A DNA stretch of 64,000 nt, from NCBI GenBank assembly GCA_948466735.1, contig CAOKBR010000001.1:3266-67265 (forward strand), read 5' to 3'. This DNA comes from an uncultured Mycoplasmatota bacterium. GTDB taxonomy: Bacteria; Bacillota_I; Bacilli_A; RF39; UBA660. The notes beneath the pieces were generated by a model. The model saw only the letters and a list, made by a program, of their open reading frames with translations. It did no database searches and was not told the DNA's origin. Position numbers and translations under genes: made by a program. This document shows positions 29,897 through 40,700 of this stretch, in pieces (positions within the stretch are counted from its first letter, which is position 1; every line of letters begins with the position of its first letter).

Positions 29897-29925
29897 TTGA
29901 CTATTTACGTAAAGAAAGCTACAAT
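29897..29925 (+). promoter_or_regulatory. sigma-A type promoter TTGACT-17-TACAAT
   Basis: TTGACT at 29897-29902, a 17-nt spacer, then TACAAT at 29920-29925; GGAGG RBS downstream. Confidence 0.4.
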
Positions 29926-29949
29926 GATATTAGGAGGGTGATAGGCAAA

Positions 29950-30717
29950 GTGGAGAATTTAAATCAGTTGTTAGTGGAACTTGGAATTTCAAAGGTACGT
30001 TTAGCAAAATATTTAGGTGTTTCTAGACAAATGCTTTATAATTATCTTGCTAATCCTTCTTTAGATGATTGGCCAAAAGAAAAAGCAGTTCGATTACTTA
30101 GTTTACTAGGAATCAAATCTAAAGACGACTTGGGTCAATTAAAAGTGACAAACGAGTATATTCTAGAAGTAGAAAGTAAATTAAACGAGGGAGTGAAAGA
30201 TACTTCTAATCACGAAGTTTTAGCAGATTTAAAAGGATTCAATAAAAAAGAACAAGAAGTATTATCGAATCTTATTCAATTATTAAAAGAAAAACTACAA
30301 AATGATAAGACAAAAGAAACTTATTATGCTTATCGATATTTGTATCATTTCCTTCAGTCTATGGATACAACGAAGGAAATTAAATACATTTTAGGATATA
30401 TGTCTAAGGCTTTAGGATTTACTAATCCCATGGAGTTTGTGTTTAATCAAGAAAATCAATTTACTTTTGAGGGAATTATGTTTTCAGCAATGACTTTATA
30501 CACTAATGGTGGAGCATCAAGAAATAAAATTGTTGATTCACATCGACGTTTCATTCAAAAAATTGAACACAGCAAAGAAGAAACATTGAGCCGTACACAA
30601 GAGCTAACTACGGCTAAGGCACAAGCTTTAAAAGAACTGGGTTATACAGAAATCAACGAAGAAAATGCTAAAGAAGTGTTAGAAAAAATAGCGGAGATAC
30701 AATCTCGTGGAGTATAG
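29950..30717 (+). CDS. HTH-domain protein, putative transcriptional regulator
   Basis: The track ORF 29881.. overlaps the promoter. Probable GTG start at 29950 after GGAGG. N-terminal 'LLVELGISKVRLAKYLGVSRQMLYNYL' is HTH-like. Confidence 0.4.
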   Translation: MENLNQLLVELGISKVRLAKYLGVSRQMLYNYLANPSLDDWPKEKAVRLLSLLGIKSKDDLGQLKVTNEYILEVESKLNEGVKDTSNHEVLADLKGFNKKEQEVLSNLIQLLKEKLQNDKTKETYYAYRYLYHFLQSMDTTKEIKYILGYMSKALGFTNPMEFVFNQENQFTFEGIMFSAMTLYTNGGASRNKIVDSHRRFIQKIEHSKEETLSRTQELTTAKAQALKELGYTEINEENAKEVLEKIAEIQSRGV

Positions 30718-30854
30718 GAAACTATATTCTTTTTTTTGCTAACTTTTACGTAAAATTATGTCAAATTAATTGTTTGCCTTTTTTTTCAATGCTATACTGA
30801 CCTTATATTATAATTTCTCGTTATAATATAAAATATTAAGAAGGGAGGTTCATT

Positions 30855-33251
30855 ATGCAAAACAACATAGAGAAAAGAAAAATGGCTGTTGTTGTTATTG
30901 CTGTCATCATTGTTTTATTAGGTTCTTTATTCATCAATAAAGTGACACTGGATAAAAAAAGCATCAATCAAAATCGTCAAGAAAGTGAAAATCAAAATCA
31001 AGAAACACCAAAGGAAGATGATAATCACTTAGGTAATGAAGATGATTATCTAGACAATAATAAACAAGAAAACAATAATTCATCTTTAGAAGAATATTAT
31101 CCAATAAAGCCTACTATTTCTAATGGGAATTCTATTGATAAGGAAAAACCTAAGGTAGTACCTAACATTTCTTTACTTGGCAGTGACATCATTTATGTAG
31201 AAATCAATTCAAATTATGAAGATTTAGGCGCTATCGCAGAGGATTCTATCGATGGTAACATTACTGATAAAATTATAATTTATAATTCAGTAGATTTAAC
31301 CAAGTTAGGAACTTATACCATCTCATATTACGTTTCCAATACCAGTGGTCAAAGTGCTAGTGTGGAACGAACAATTGTAGTCTTTGATGATGTGAGTCCT
31401 ATTATTACGGTTAATCAAGAAATAGACAAAAAACTTGTATTTTTAGATGCTAATCGCAATTTAGAATTTATAAATCACGAAATTACGGTATGGGATAATT
31501 CTAATCATGATATAAGCTTAGAAATTAGTTATTGGTATCATCCGTTTATTGGTAATGCATTCAATCAAGAAGAAAATGATTTAACAACACTGGAATATAC
31601 TAAAGTAGAAAAACTTGATTTATCGCAACTAGGAATTTATCAATTAGATTATGTAGCAGTAGATGAAAGTGGCAATAGAAGTGATAAAGTATCCGTTTGG
31701 TATATGGTAAGGGATGTCAAAGGTCCTACGATTAAGTTATCTGTTATGGGAACTTCATATGCGATGATAAATCCTAAAACAATAATTGATGTTTTTGATG
31801 ATTTTAGTGATAAACTTAATACTTATTATGCTTGGTCAACATCAAATAAAATTGCACCAGTTGATTATCAAAACATTGCTAATCATCAAGAAGTATCACC
31901 AAGTAATGGGATACATTATCTATGGGTCAAAGCTGTAGATGAGTTTGGTAATACAACTGTATTGGTAAGTGATAAATTTGAAAAAGATGATACGTTATTA
32001 AAGATTCAAGAGTTTAAAACAAAAAAAGAAAATCATCAAAGTTTCATTCAAATTGGATTAGATTATGCTAACATTAAAAAAATAGATGAGATTAGTCAAA
32101 TTAAGCTATCGCTATACCACGATGAAAAGTTAATTGCTAGTGCGGTTAGTAATGATAAGTTATACAATCTAAGTTTAAATCAGGATAAATTATCACTTAG
32201 AACAAAGATAGTTATTCAAGGCGAAAAAGACGAGAGTAGTGTATTTGATGTAACAGAAGAAAATGGTAGATATCATCTAGAAAATCCAATAACAACCTTG
32301 GTGGTTACCTTAATAAAGGATAATGGTCAAGTATTAGAAGTAGAAAGTACATCTATAGATGAGTCAAATATTTGGTGGGAACAATTGTTTGTAGATTTTG
32401 ATTATTTAGTTGGAAAAAATAGGGGAGATTACTCTACTATTCAAGAGGCGATAAACGAAATATCAAATGATAAATTGTTATATCTTTTACCAGATACATA
32501 TATAGAGGATTTAACGATTTCTAAGAATGTGATTATTTTAGGAACGGATAAAGAAAAAACCATTATCAAGGGAACTACAAGCATAATGGGAAACATTGAT
32601 GTATCACTAGTGAACTTGACGCTTCAATCTAGTTTAGAAAGTCCTGCTGTAATCACCTTAAATGATGGTACGCTACAAATGGTTGATAGCATTATCGAAG
32701 ATGGAAAAGTAGGAATTAACGCTACAGGAAACGCAATTTTAAGATTAAATGGCGTTTTGATAAAGAATTTTGTTGATTCTGCCATAATCGCTCAAGATAA
32801 TGTTTCATGTAACATTACAGATAGTGAAATCATTGGAACAACTAAGAATGAAAATGGTATTATTTTATTGGATAATGCATCTAGTAATATATCTAATTCC
32901 ATTTTTAGCAATTTAAACTATGGTATTCGCATTCATGAAAAGTGTAAAGATAATGTAAAGTTAGGGGAGGGGATAACTTTCTCTAATTGTATAGAAGACT
33001 TACATATGGATATGGATGATGCTATAGATGAAGATATCATTAATGATGATACATTAAATCAAGTAGATACAAAAGATGAAGATTTGGAAACTAATGATGA
33101 ATTAACAAGTGAAAATTTATCTATAGAAAATCTAGATGATTCAATGAGCCTTAATGAAACTTTAGACTCTAATGAAATTTTAGAAACATCATCGATGGAT
33201 TCTATTACAACAACAGAAGATATTATAATAGATCAAGCTATTATAGAATAA
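30855..33251 (+). CDS. large secreted/surface protein with Ig-like repeats, a right-handed beta-helix region and an acidic C-terminal tail
   Basis: 798 aa with an N-terminal signal anchor. Repeated 'D(D)V.(S)P.I' Ig-like starts. The Asn/Ile-rich region 'ITDSEIIGTTKNENGIILLDNASSNISNSIFSNLNYGIRIH' is typical of pectate-lyase-fold repeats. The C-terminus is D/E-rich. Confidence 0.5.
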   Translation: MQNNIEKRKMAVVVIAVIIVLLGSLFINKVTLDKKSINQNRQESENQNQETPKEDDNHLGNEDDYLDNNKQENNNSSLEEYYPIKPTISNGNSIDKEKPKVVPNISLLGSDIIYVEINSNYEDLGAIAEDSIDGNITDKIIIYNSVDLTKLGTYTISYYVSNTSGQSASVERTIVVFDDVSPIITVNQEIDKKLVFLDANRNLEFINHEITVWDNSNHDISLEISYWYHPFIGNAFNQEENDLTTLEYTKVEKLDLSQLGIYQLDYVAVDESGNRSDKVSVWYMVRDVKGPTIKLSVMGTSYAMINPKTIIDVFDDFSDKLNTYYAWSTSNKIAPVDYQNIANHQEVSPSNGIHYLWVKAVDEFGNTTVLVSDKFEKDDTLLKIQEFKTKKENHQSFIQIGLDYANIKKIDEISQIKLSLYHDEKLIASAVSNDKLYNLSLNQDKLSLRTKIVIQGEKDESSVFDVTEENGRYHLENPITTLVVTLIKDNGQVLEVESTSIDESNIWWEQLFVDFDYLVGKNRGDYSTIQEAINEISNDKLLYLLPDTYIEDLTISKNVIILGTDKEKTIIKGTTSIMGNIDVSLVNLTLQSSLESPAVITLNDGTLQMVDSIIEDGKVGINATGNAILRLNGVLIKNFVDSAIIAQDNVSCNITDSEIIGTTKNENGIILLDNASSNISNSIFSNLNYGIRIHEKCKDNVKLGEGITFSNCIEDLHMDMDDAIDEDIINDDTLNQVDTKDEDLETNDELTSENLSIENLDDSMSLNETLDSNEILETSSMDSITTTEDIIIDQAIIE

Positions 33252-33256
33252 AAAAG

Positions 33257-33290
33257 AAACTATTTCTCAAATATGAGAAATAGTTTTTTT
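33257..33290 (+). terminator. rho-independent terminator
   Basis: aaactatttctca-aata-tgagaaatagttt followed by tttttt. Confidence 0.55.
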
Positions 33291-33565
33291 ATGGAAAAAG
33301 CACGCGTATTTTAGTGCATTGAGAATACTTAAGATGGATATTTATACAGCTTGATACAAGTAAAATATATGATTTAGTAAATAAATCATATTAATATGGT
33401 TATATGAAATAATCAAATTAATTTAAAGCCATTAATTAGTAACAAAATAATAATAAAAAGAAGTATTTAAAAAGTTTTTTCTATATATTTAATTAATATA
33501 AATAAAAAAGAAGTTTTACAACTTCCGATAATCATAATTATGTTAACTTGCTATATGGGATAAAA

Positions 33566-33609
33566 ATACATTTTAAATACATTTTAAATACATTTTAAAT
33601 ATATTTTTA
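33566..33609. repeat. 11-bp tandem repeat (atacattttaa) x3 plus a degenerate copy
   Basis: Direct reading at 33566-33598, then atatatttttac. Confidence 0.6.
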
Positions 33610-33618
33610 CTTTCTTCT

Positions 33619-34077
33619 TTATTTTACAATAATTTCAAATGAAGCGTTATTAGTAACCACACCTGAATAAAAGATAAGTGAGTATTTATCCTTTATAGGA
33701 ACCTCATAAATTAGTTCATAGGTAATTTCCTCATTTGATGGTATAGACATATTTTCGCTAGAAACAGGCGAATAAGGCTTGTTGTCTATCAATAAGGAAA
33801 AACTATTACTATTTATATTAGCACTGTTTTTGCTGGTGTTTTTAATCTTAAAAGATAAAAGCATAATCTTGTTTCCATCGCTTGCAGTTAAATGCAAATA
33901 TTCATCTTTAAAGGTTGCCTCCTTTAACATAATTTGAAAATGATCTATCTTTGCAAGTTCTTCTACTCGATAAGAAGTTTTATTTTCTTCCTTTAAAGAT
34001 AAATCCTGACATCCCGTCAAAAAGGGAATACTAATTATTCCTACAAATAAAAATTTTAATAATTTACTTTTTTTCAT
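33619..34077 (-). CDS. lipoprotein
   Basis: Signal peptide with lipobox 'FLTGC'; 152 aa, beta-rich. Confidence 0.55.
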   Translation of the reverse strand: MKKSKLLKFLFVGIISIPFLTGCQDLSLKEENKTSYRVEELAKIDHFQIMLKEATFKDEYLHLTASDGNKIMLLSFKIKNTSKNSANINSNSFSLLIDNKPYSPVSSENMSIPSNEEITYELIYEVPIKDKYSLIFYSGVVTNNASFEIIVK

Positions 34078-34188
34078 TGTCCCTACTCTTCTTTCTTAAT
34101 GTTTCAATTTTATTATAACGAAAATTTTAAAAATTATAAAGTATATTTTAATGTTTTTTCCATCATACTATAACTGGAGGTAAAAATC

Positions 34189-34371
34189 ATGGCAAAAAAG
34201 AAAGATGAAAACATCAATAAAAGCATTAAATGCGACGTAGAATCTTGTCAACATAATGACTGTGACTGTGGTTGTTGCACGTTAGATGAAATCAAAGTTA
34301 GTTGTCAATGTGCTAGCGATGAAGCAGAAGAAAAAGATGTAACCATTTGTGATAGTTTTGAATGCAAATAA
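34189..34371 (+). CDS. small cysteine-rich protein, DUF1540-like
   Basis: 60 aa with 11 Cys. The repeated 'C.VESCQHN' / 'VTICDSFEC' pattern resembles Firmicutes DUF1540 proteins. Confidence 0.4.
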   Translation: MAKKKDENINKSIKCDVESCQHNDCDCGCCTLDEIKVSCQCASDEAEEKDVTICDSFECK

Positions 34372-34470
34372 GGAACAAGGAGTACATTTTACTCCTTTTT
34401 CTTCGCGCTTTTTGATAAAAATATGCCAGTTATGTTAAAATGATCCTAATTTTGAAGGGATGGAAATAAT

Positions 34471-35037
34471 TTGAAAGATTTTATTACCAGTATCAATATA
34501 TATGAAACACTTTTATTATTTTTAATTTTAGTACGCTGGTTTATTTTAATTGTCAAAATCAATATTGTTGAAAATAAAGAGGAATAAGAAGTTTTAACAA
34601 AAAGAGAAAACTTAAAATTAAGATGGTTAATTATATGCTACTGTATTAGTATTTTCGTCTTAATTTATCTAATATATATTAACCTCCCCTATTTGCAAAA
34701 TTTAGAGTTAATTATAATGTTTTTTACTATTTTCTTTGGTATTATCTTAACTTCTCCAATGAGAATTTCTAAAATCCTACAAACAAAAACAACATCTGAT
34801 AAACAACTTGCTTCGTTATGTCTTCCAGTATCTATACTTTACTTATTTTCTCATATTTCTCATCCATTTATTAGTAAACTATTTTCGAGTTTAAAACCTT
34901 TTGATCAGGAATTATTACTGATTAGTTATCTTACCTTAAGGTTATTAATTATTTGTTATTATACTACACTAGGATTATTTTTCCTTGGAAATACTAATAA
35001 GAAATTTTTTGCAAACATAACCAAAAAAAATGGATAA
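34471..35037 (+). pseudogene. polytopic membrane protein gene with an in-frame TAA at 34585-34587 (two halves in the same frame), or two adjacent small genes
   Basis: The TTG at 34471 and the ATG ORF 34693..35037 are in the same frame. The 34588-34692 stretch between them is open and encodes a TM-like segment ('LIICYCISIFVLIYLIYI'). Confidence 0.3.
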
Positions 35038-35438
35038 CTATATTAATAGACAAGAGCATAGAAGTTATTCTATACTTTGGTATCATCATGATGATGGTAG
35101 CAAATTAGGAGGAATACTGACTTTATTCGTTATTCTTATAAGAAAATAATTTCACTCCTATTTCAATTCATAAGTTATTTACTTCATCAATATGAACATT
35201 TTTGTAATAATCCGTCAACATATTCTAATTTTCTTAAAATTTCTGTTGTAATTTCTCTATTTATAATGGAACTTACTATTTTATTAAATCCATTTCAAGA
35301 GAAGGTAGAATCAATATTTAACTTTCTAGCCCTTACGATAATTATTCCTATGATTATTAAAAACATCAAAAAAATGACAAATAAAAAATCTAGGAATAAT
35401 TACCATATGACTTTTAAAGAAGAGTTCCCTACTCTTCT

Positions 35439-36605
35439 TTATTGTAAATTAGATAAAACACTTGTACCTATTTCGGGTTCTTCTACTTGAAAATTATCAG
35501 CGATTAATGCACCTATATCCGCTAAAGTAGCAAATGGCGATAGAATACCAGGATTTTTGAAGTCCCTACTAAATAAGATAACAGGTACATTTTCCCTAGT
35601 ATGATCGCTTCCTTGAAACGTTGGATCATTACCATGATCTGCTGTAATAATAAACAAATCTTCTGTTCCTAATTTATTTAACATCAAAGGAATTTCTACA
35701 TCTAATTCTTCAATTGCTTTAGCATAACCGATAACATCTCTTTTATGGCCATATAAAGAATCAAAATCACTTAAATTAGCATAACATAATCCCGTAAAAT
35801 TTTTATCCATAATCGAAGATAATTTATTCACCACATCATGATTATCCGTTGCTTTAATCACCTTAGTAATTCCGTCTCCATCAAAAATATCATTGATTTT
35901 TCCAATAGAAATGACATTTAACCCATGATTCTTTAGCGAACATAAAATAGAGTCTTTTGGAGGTTTTACTGCATAATCACATCGTTCATTTGTCCAGTGA
36001 AAGTGTCCAATGTTTCCTGTAAAAGGTCTAGCAATGACTCTACCTACTTTCCAATCTTCTCTTAAAGTAATCTCTCTAATTTTTTCACAATATTGATGTA
36101 GTTGTCCAACGGATACAATAGCATCATGAGCAGCCACTTGTAAATTTGAATCAGAATTGGTAAATACAATCAATGAGCCATAATTTACTTGCGTTTCCCC
36201 AAGTAATGGTAACACTTCATCTTCTTCCATCCGTTTGTTTCCAATAACACTTCTTCCTGTTACTTGTTCAATCATTTCAATTAATTCTACTGGAAATCCA
36301 TTTTGGGTAAAGGTCTTAAATGGAATAGTAGATTTTATGCCCATCATTTCATAATGTCCTGATAAGGTATCTTTGCCCACATTTGTAGGACGAGCAATGG
36401 TATAATAAGCGTCTACTTGTTTATTTTCATCCATTTGAATCGTATTTAAAAAGCCTAACTTTTTTAAATTGGGAATAAACAAATCATAGTTTTCTTTAAT
36501 ATGTCCTAGGGTATTAGCACTAGTATCTTGATACTTATCAGCATCCATTGCTGCACCTACTCCTAGGGAATCTAATACAATTAAAAAAATTCTTTTAAAT
36601 CTCAT
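35439..36605 (-). CDS. deoB: phosphopentomutase
   Basis: 'IVLDSLGVGA', 'TADHGNDPT', 388 aa. Confidence 0.9.
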   Translation of the reverse strand: MRFKRIFLIVLDSLGVGAAMDADKYQDTSANTLGHIKENYDLFIPNLKKLGFLNTIQMDENKQVDAYYTIARPTNVGKDTLSGHYEMMGIKSTIPFKTFTQNGFPVELIEMIEQVTGRSVIGNKRMEEDEVLPLLGETQVNYGSLIVFTNSDSNLQVAAHDAIVSVGQLHQYCEKIREITLREDWKVGRVIARPFTGNIGHFHWTNERCDYAVKPPKDSILCSLKNHGLNVISIGKINDIFDGDGITKVIKATDNHDVVNKLSSIMDKNFTGLCYANLSDFDSLYGHKRDVIGYAKAIEELDVEIPLMLNKLGTEDLFIITADHGNDPTFQGSDHTRENVPVILFSRDFKNPGILSPFATLADIGALIADNFQVEEPEIGTSVLSNLQ

Positions 36606-37543
36606 TTTTCCTCTCCTTTTTCGTCTTTTCTTAGATGATGTTTTTTATAGTCATCGTGTACTTTTTCATTAGAAACATGAGTATATATTTTGGTTGTCGT
36701 AATATCTTCATGCCCTAGTAGTTCTTGAATTACTCGAAGATTAGCTCCACGTTTTAACATGATGGTTGCAAAGGAATGTCTTATCGTATGGGGAGACACT
36801 TCTTTTTTTATGCCTTGCTTTAATAGAAGCTTCTTTAAGTTTTTAAAAAAGCCTTGTCTAGTAATTCCATTTCCATGATTATTTAAAAATAGAATATCTG
36901 TAGCTGGTTTACCTTTTACTAGTAAAAAAGGACGAACTTCTAGGTATTTTTCTAAATAATATTTTGCGTAATCGCCAAAGGGAATCATTCTCTCTTTTCT
37001 TCCCTTTCCTTTGATTTTAACCAATTGTGTAGAAAAGTCAAGGTCAAAAATTGTTAACTTTATTAATTCGCTAACGCGCATACCTGTAGCATACATCAAT
37101 TCTAGCATAGCTTTGTTACGGTAATCAAAGGCATTATTTAAGGGAATATTTAAAAGTTGTTCCATTTCTTTAGCATTTAGCACTTGTGGTAGACTACGTC
37201 CAATTTTAGGAGGATTAATCCCTGATGTGACATCGGCTGAAATTTGTTTTTCTCTTACTAAATAAAGAGAAAATCTACGCATGGTAGTTAAGTGTCTAGC
37301 CATACTTTTAGCACTTAAAGTGCATCCTAAAAAGGTTAAATACTCTTTTACCATTTTTTTCGTTAATCGATTTACTAAAAAGTCTTTATTATCTATCTTT
37401 CCTACACGATTATTATAGTGTTCATCTAGCCATCTGATGAATAGTTTTAAATCTTCTTGATAAGAATCTGTTGTAGCTTTGGCTAATCCTTTTTCAATTT
37501 TACAGTAGTCAATAAAATCATTCTTGGCATCTTCAATTTGCAT
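36602..37543 (-). CDS. xerD: tyrosine recombinase XerD
   Basis: 'HTIRHSFATIMLKRGANLRVIQELLGHEDITTTKIYTHV'. The catalytic R..HxxR..Y is present. Overlaps deoB by 4 nt, as in B. subtilis ripX-drm. Confidence 0.85.
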   Translation of the reverse strand: MQIEDAKNDFIDYCKIEKGLAKATTDSYQEDLKLFIRWLDEHYNNRVGKIDNKDFLVNRLTKKMVKEYLTFLGCTLSAKSMARHLTTMRRFSLYLVREKQISADVTSGINPPKIGRSLPQVLNAKEMEQLLNIPLNNAFDYRNKAMLELMYATGMRVSELIKLTIFDLDFSTQLVKIKGKGRKERMIPFGDYAKYYLEKYLEVRPFLLVKGKPATDILFLNNHGNGITRQGFFKNLKKLLLKQGIKKEVSPHTIRHSFATIMLKRGANLRVIQELLGHEDITTTKIYTHVSNEKVHDDYKKHHLRKDEKGEEK

Positions 37544-37762
37544 TTTACCACCAAGTATAGTTTATCATAAAATAGAAAATTTGGATATATATTTGTTAAG
37601 GAAAATATAGCACATTAAGTCATATATATCAGCTTTCCTATTGCCATTAACCTAAAACCTACACTAATAATGTCACCCCTAAATCATTTTTTCAATAAAG
37701 CTTCTAATACAATTGTACCATAGGTTTTAAAGGAAAAATGGAAGTTTAACTAATACTTAGCT

Positions 37763-37791
37763 AGAAAACAAAAAGAACCGAAGTCCTTTTT
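37763..37791 (-). terminator. rho-independent terminator after essC (minus strand)
   Basis: Minus strand reads aaaaaggac-UUCG-gttcttttt then gtttt; the stem has one G.U pair. Confidence 0.4.
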
Positions 37792-40700
37792 ATAAAATCT
37801 CCTCGATATTATCATTACCACTTTGATTAGCCTCACTAGTCGTGTTAGAAGTAATTTTTGTAGAATCAAACTCTTCGATAAATTTAACTTGTACTGGACG
37901 ACTACGTGTTACAACAAAGCCAAAGTATGGTGGTAACTCTTCTCGATGTTCCCTAGTCACTTTGTTAATTTTTAAGGTAAATTGATCTCCTAAACCATTC
38001 CCTAAGTAAATTCCATAATTTGGATTTACCACATTTTTATACCAGGATTCTAGCTCTAGTCGTTTTGCTTTCTCCACATTTGCTACAATAATAAAGTGAA
38101 TTAATCCTAGGAATTTGCCCTTTTCTAAGACGCTTGCTAATAAGCTTCTATTTTCTTCATTTAACTTACTTCTAAAAGCATCAAATCCAATAATTGTACA
38201 AATAATCTTCTTTCTACTTGCAATAAAGTCTCTATTTTGATTTTTTTCTTGATATTCTATGAAAACGTCATCAATTGTTTTTTTCAACCATAAGAAGATT
38301 TCATCAAATTCTTTTTCATAATAGGAATATCCAGCATTAGGCTTAAATCCAACAATTTCTTCGGCATTAATCACTAAAACTTGTTCACGATTTAAATAGA
38401 CTAACTCATTGGTTAACGCCTTATAAAAACTAGAAAACTCTAAAATATCTTGTCCTAGAATTAAATTGACATACTGCTTAGTAAAATTAAATCCCAGTGG
38501 TTCTAAGTTTTCTTTTGCAATACCTAAAATAGGTAGTCCATTCTTTAAATAAGGATAAACATGTTTCGTTTCTACTCGTTTTGGTAAAATAGGAATGCTT
38601 CTAGCCTTTTCAAATTTTTCTGCCAAATGAGAAACGACCTTTCTAATATAATCAGGAATTTGATCAACTGGTGATACAAACGCGGTTTGAAATTCATATA
38701 TTTCTCCAAGATTTACTAAACCTCGACCTAGTATTTTTGACGGATACATTTTTTGAACATTTCCTAAAATATTACTATAATCCATGACATTCGTTTGTTG
38801 AAGTACGTACTCCATCGCAAAATTTTGTCTTACTTTAAAGCGAATGCCATTTAAATTGTTGATGGTTAACACAAAATAAATCCCATATTTTGGGGCTTCC
38901 CTTGTTAACTGGAAGAACTCATCTTCATACTTACTAAATGACTCTTGATAAGCTTCATAATTATTAATAACAACCACAATTTGAGGAATTTCCTTTCCAC
39001 TTTGCTGTAAAAAACCTTGAATAGTTCCATTAAATGGTGCAAACAATTGTTTTCTTTTTTCAATAATATCATCCATCATTTTATAAAAGTTATCCATTTT
39101 CTCATCTTCAGTCACTGTGATAATATCACCTACTTGTGGAGCATTTTCAAAACTTTTTAGCGTCTCTGATCCAAAGTCTAGTAAATAAATATTTACTTCA
39201 TTCGTTGTATATGTAGTAATTAACGAGTAAAATAATGTCGTTAAAAAGTTTTCTTTACCGCTACCAGTCATTCCATAGATAATTGCATTACCATTTTCAC
39301 TAAAAGGAATAGTTAACAAAGATTGACTTTGCTTATTTGGCATATCATATTCTCCAACAATGGGATTGATTATATGTTTTACTTTTTGGTATTGATACTT
39401 TTGAATTAAGCCTTGAACAGCAATATAACTAGGAAGTTTCTCTAACCATAAAGGACGCACCTTAATATTTATCTGTTTTGCCGCTTGAATTAAATAAGTA
39501 ACAATATTACTTAACTCTTCCCCGTGAGCTTCTATTTTTTCTTTTTTATGTTCAACATCCACTTCATGATAAATCACACCAATGTCATCAATAAATTCCA
39601 GCTTAGTATCCACTTCTTTTCTTGGCTTATCAACAGGTAAATAAGTTGCACCGCACCATGCTGCTTGACCTAAGACAAAAATTTCATTATATCCTACTTG
39701 TAAATAAAATCTTCCTGTTTGCGTTAATAATGCAGCTTCAGGAGATTTAATTACCTCGGTACTATCAGATTTTTCTTGAACACGTAAACATACCCTAAAT
39801 CTTGTATTACTCCAAATTTGATTATCCACGATACCTGATGGTTTTTGTGTTGCTAAGATCAAGTGAACGCCTAGGCTTCTACCAATTCTAGCAGTAGAGA
39901 TCAACTGTTGCATAAATTCTGGTTGTTGTGTTTTTAACTCTGCAAATTCATCGGTAATGATAAATAAATGGGAAATGGCCTCATCAACCACCCCTGCTCG
40001 ATATAATTGTTGGTACTTATAAATATCAATCGTATTTTCTTTTGATTTAGCACGCGCTTCATTAAACATTCTCTGCCGACGCTTTAACTCACTATCAATT
40101 GATGCAAACGAACGTTTAATCTCAGTTGCATCCAAGTTAGTAATGGTTCCTACTAAATGTGGTAATCTCTCACCTGTTAAATGATTTTCTAAACTTCCAC
40201 TTAATCCTCCACCTTTATAGTCAATCAAAATAAATTGAACTTCTTCTGGATGATAATTAACTGCCATTGATAAAATGTAAGTAATTAAAAGTTCACTTTT
40301 ACCACTACCTGTCATTCCAGCAACTAAACCATGAGGTCCAGCGTATTTTTCATGTAAATCCAAGCGAATTAACTCTTGATTTTTTCCAACGCCAATAGGT
40401 GCTTGTAATGATTGAATCGGGTTATTTTTCTGCCATCTAGAAATCGCATTTAACTGTTCCACAGTACCAATTTGATACATATTTAAAAAGCTTAACTTAC
40501 TTGGTAGTTTTCCTTCCACATTTAAAGTAATATCTAAAGGAATATTGGCTAAGACTCTAGCGCATTCTTCTAATTCTAAAGGGGTTGTAAAATCAATTTG
40601 AAATCTAGTTGTATTTGCGTTTAGTACATTGGCAAACAAATCAGAGTTTTTACTATTCGCATGAATAAACGTTTGACAAGATGTTGGAAGTGTTGATACA

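Noticed and set aside
35266-35490. 74-aa plus-strand ORF overlapping the 3' end of deoB
   Set aside because: It overlaps the deoB C-terminus on the opposite strand. It has no RBS and no recognisable sequence features.
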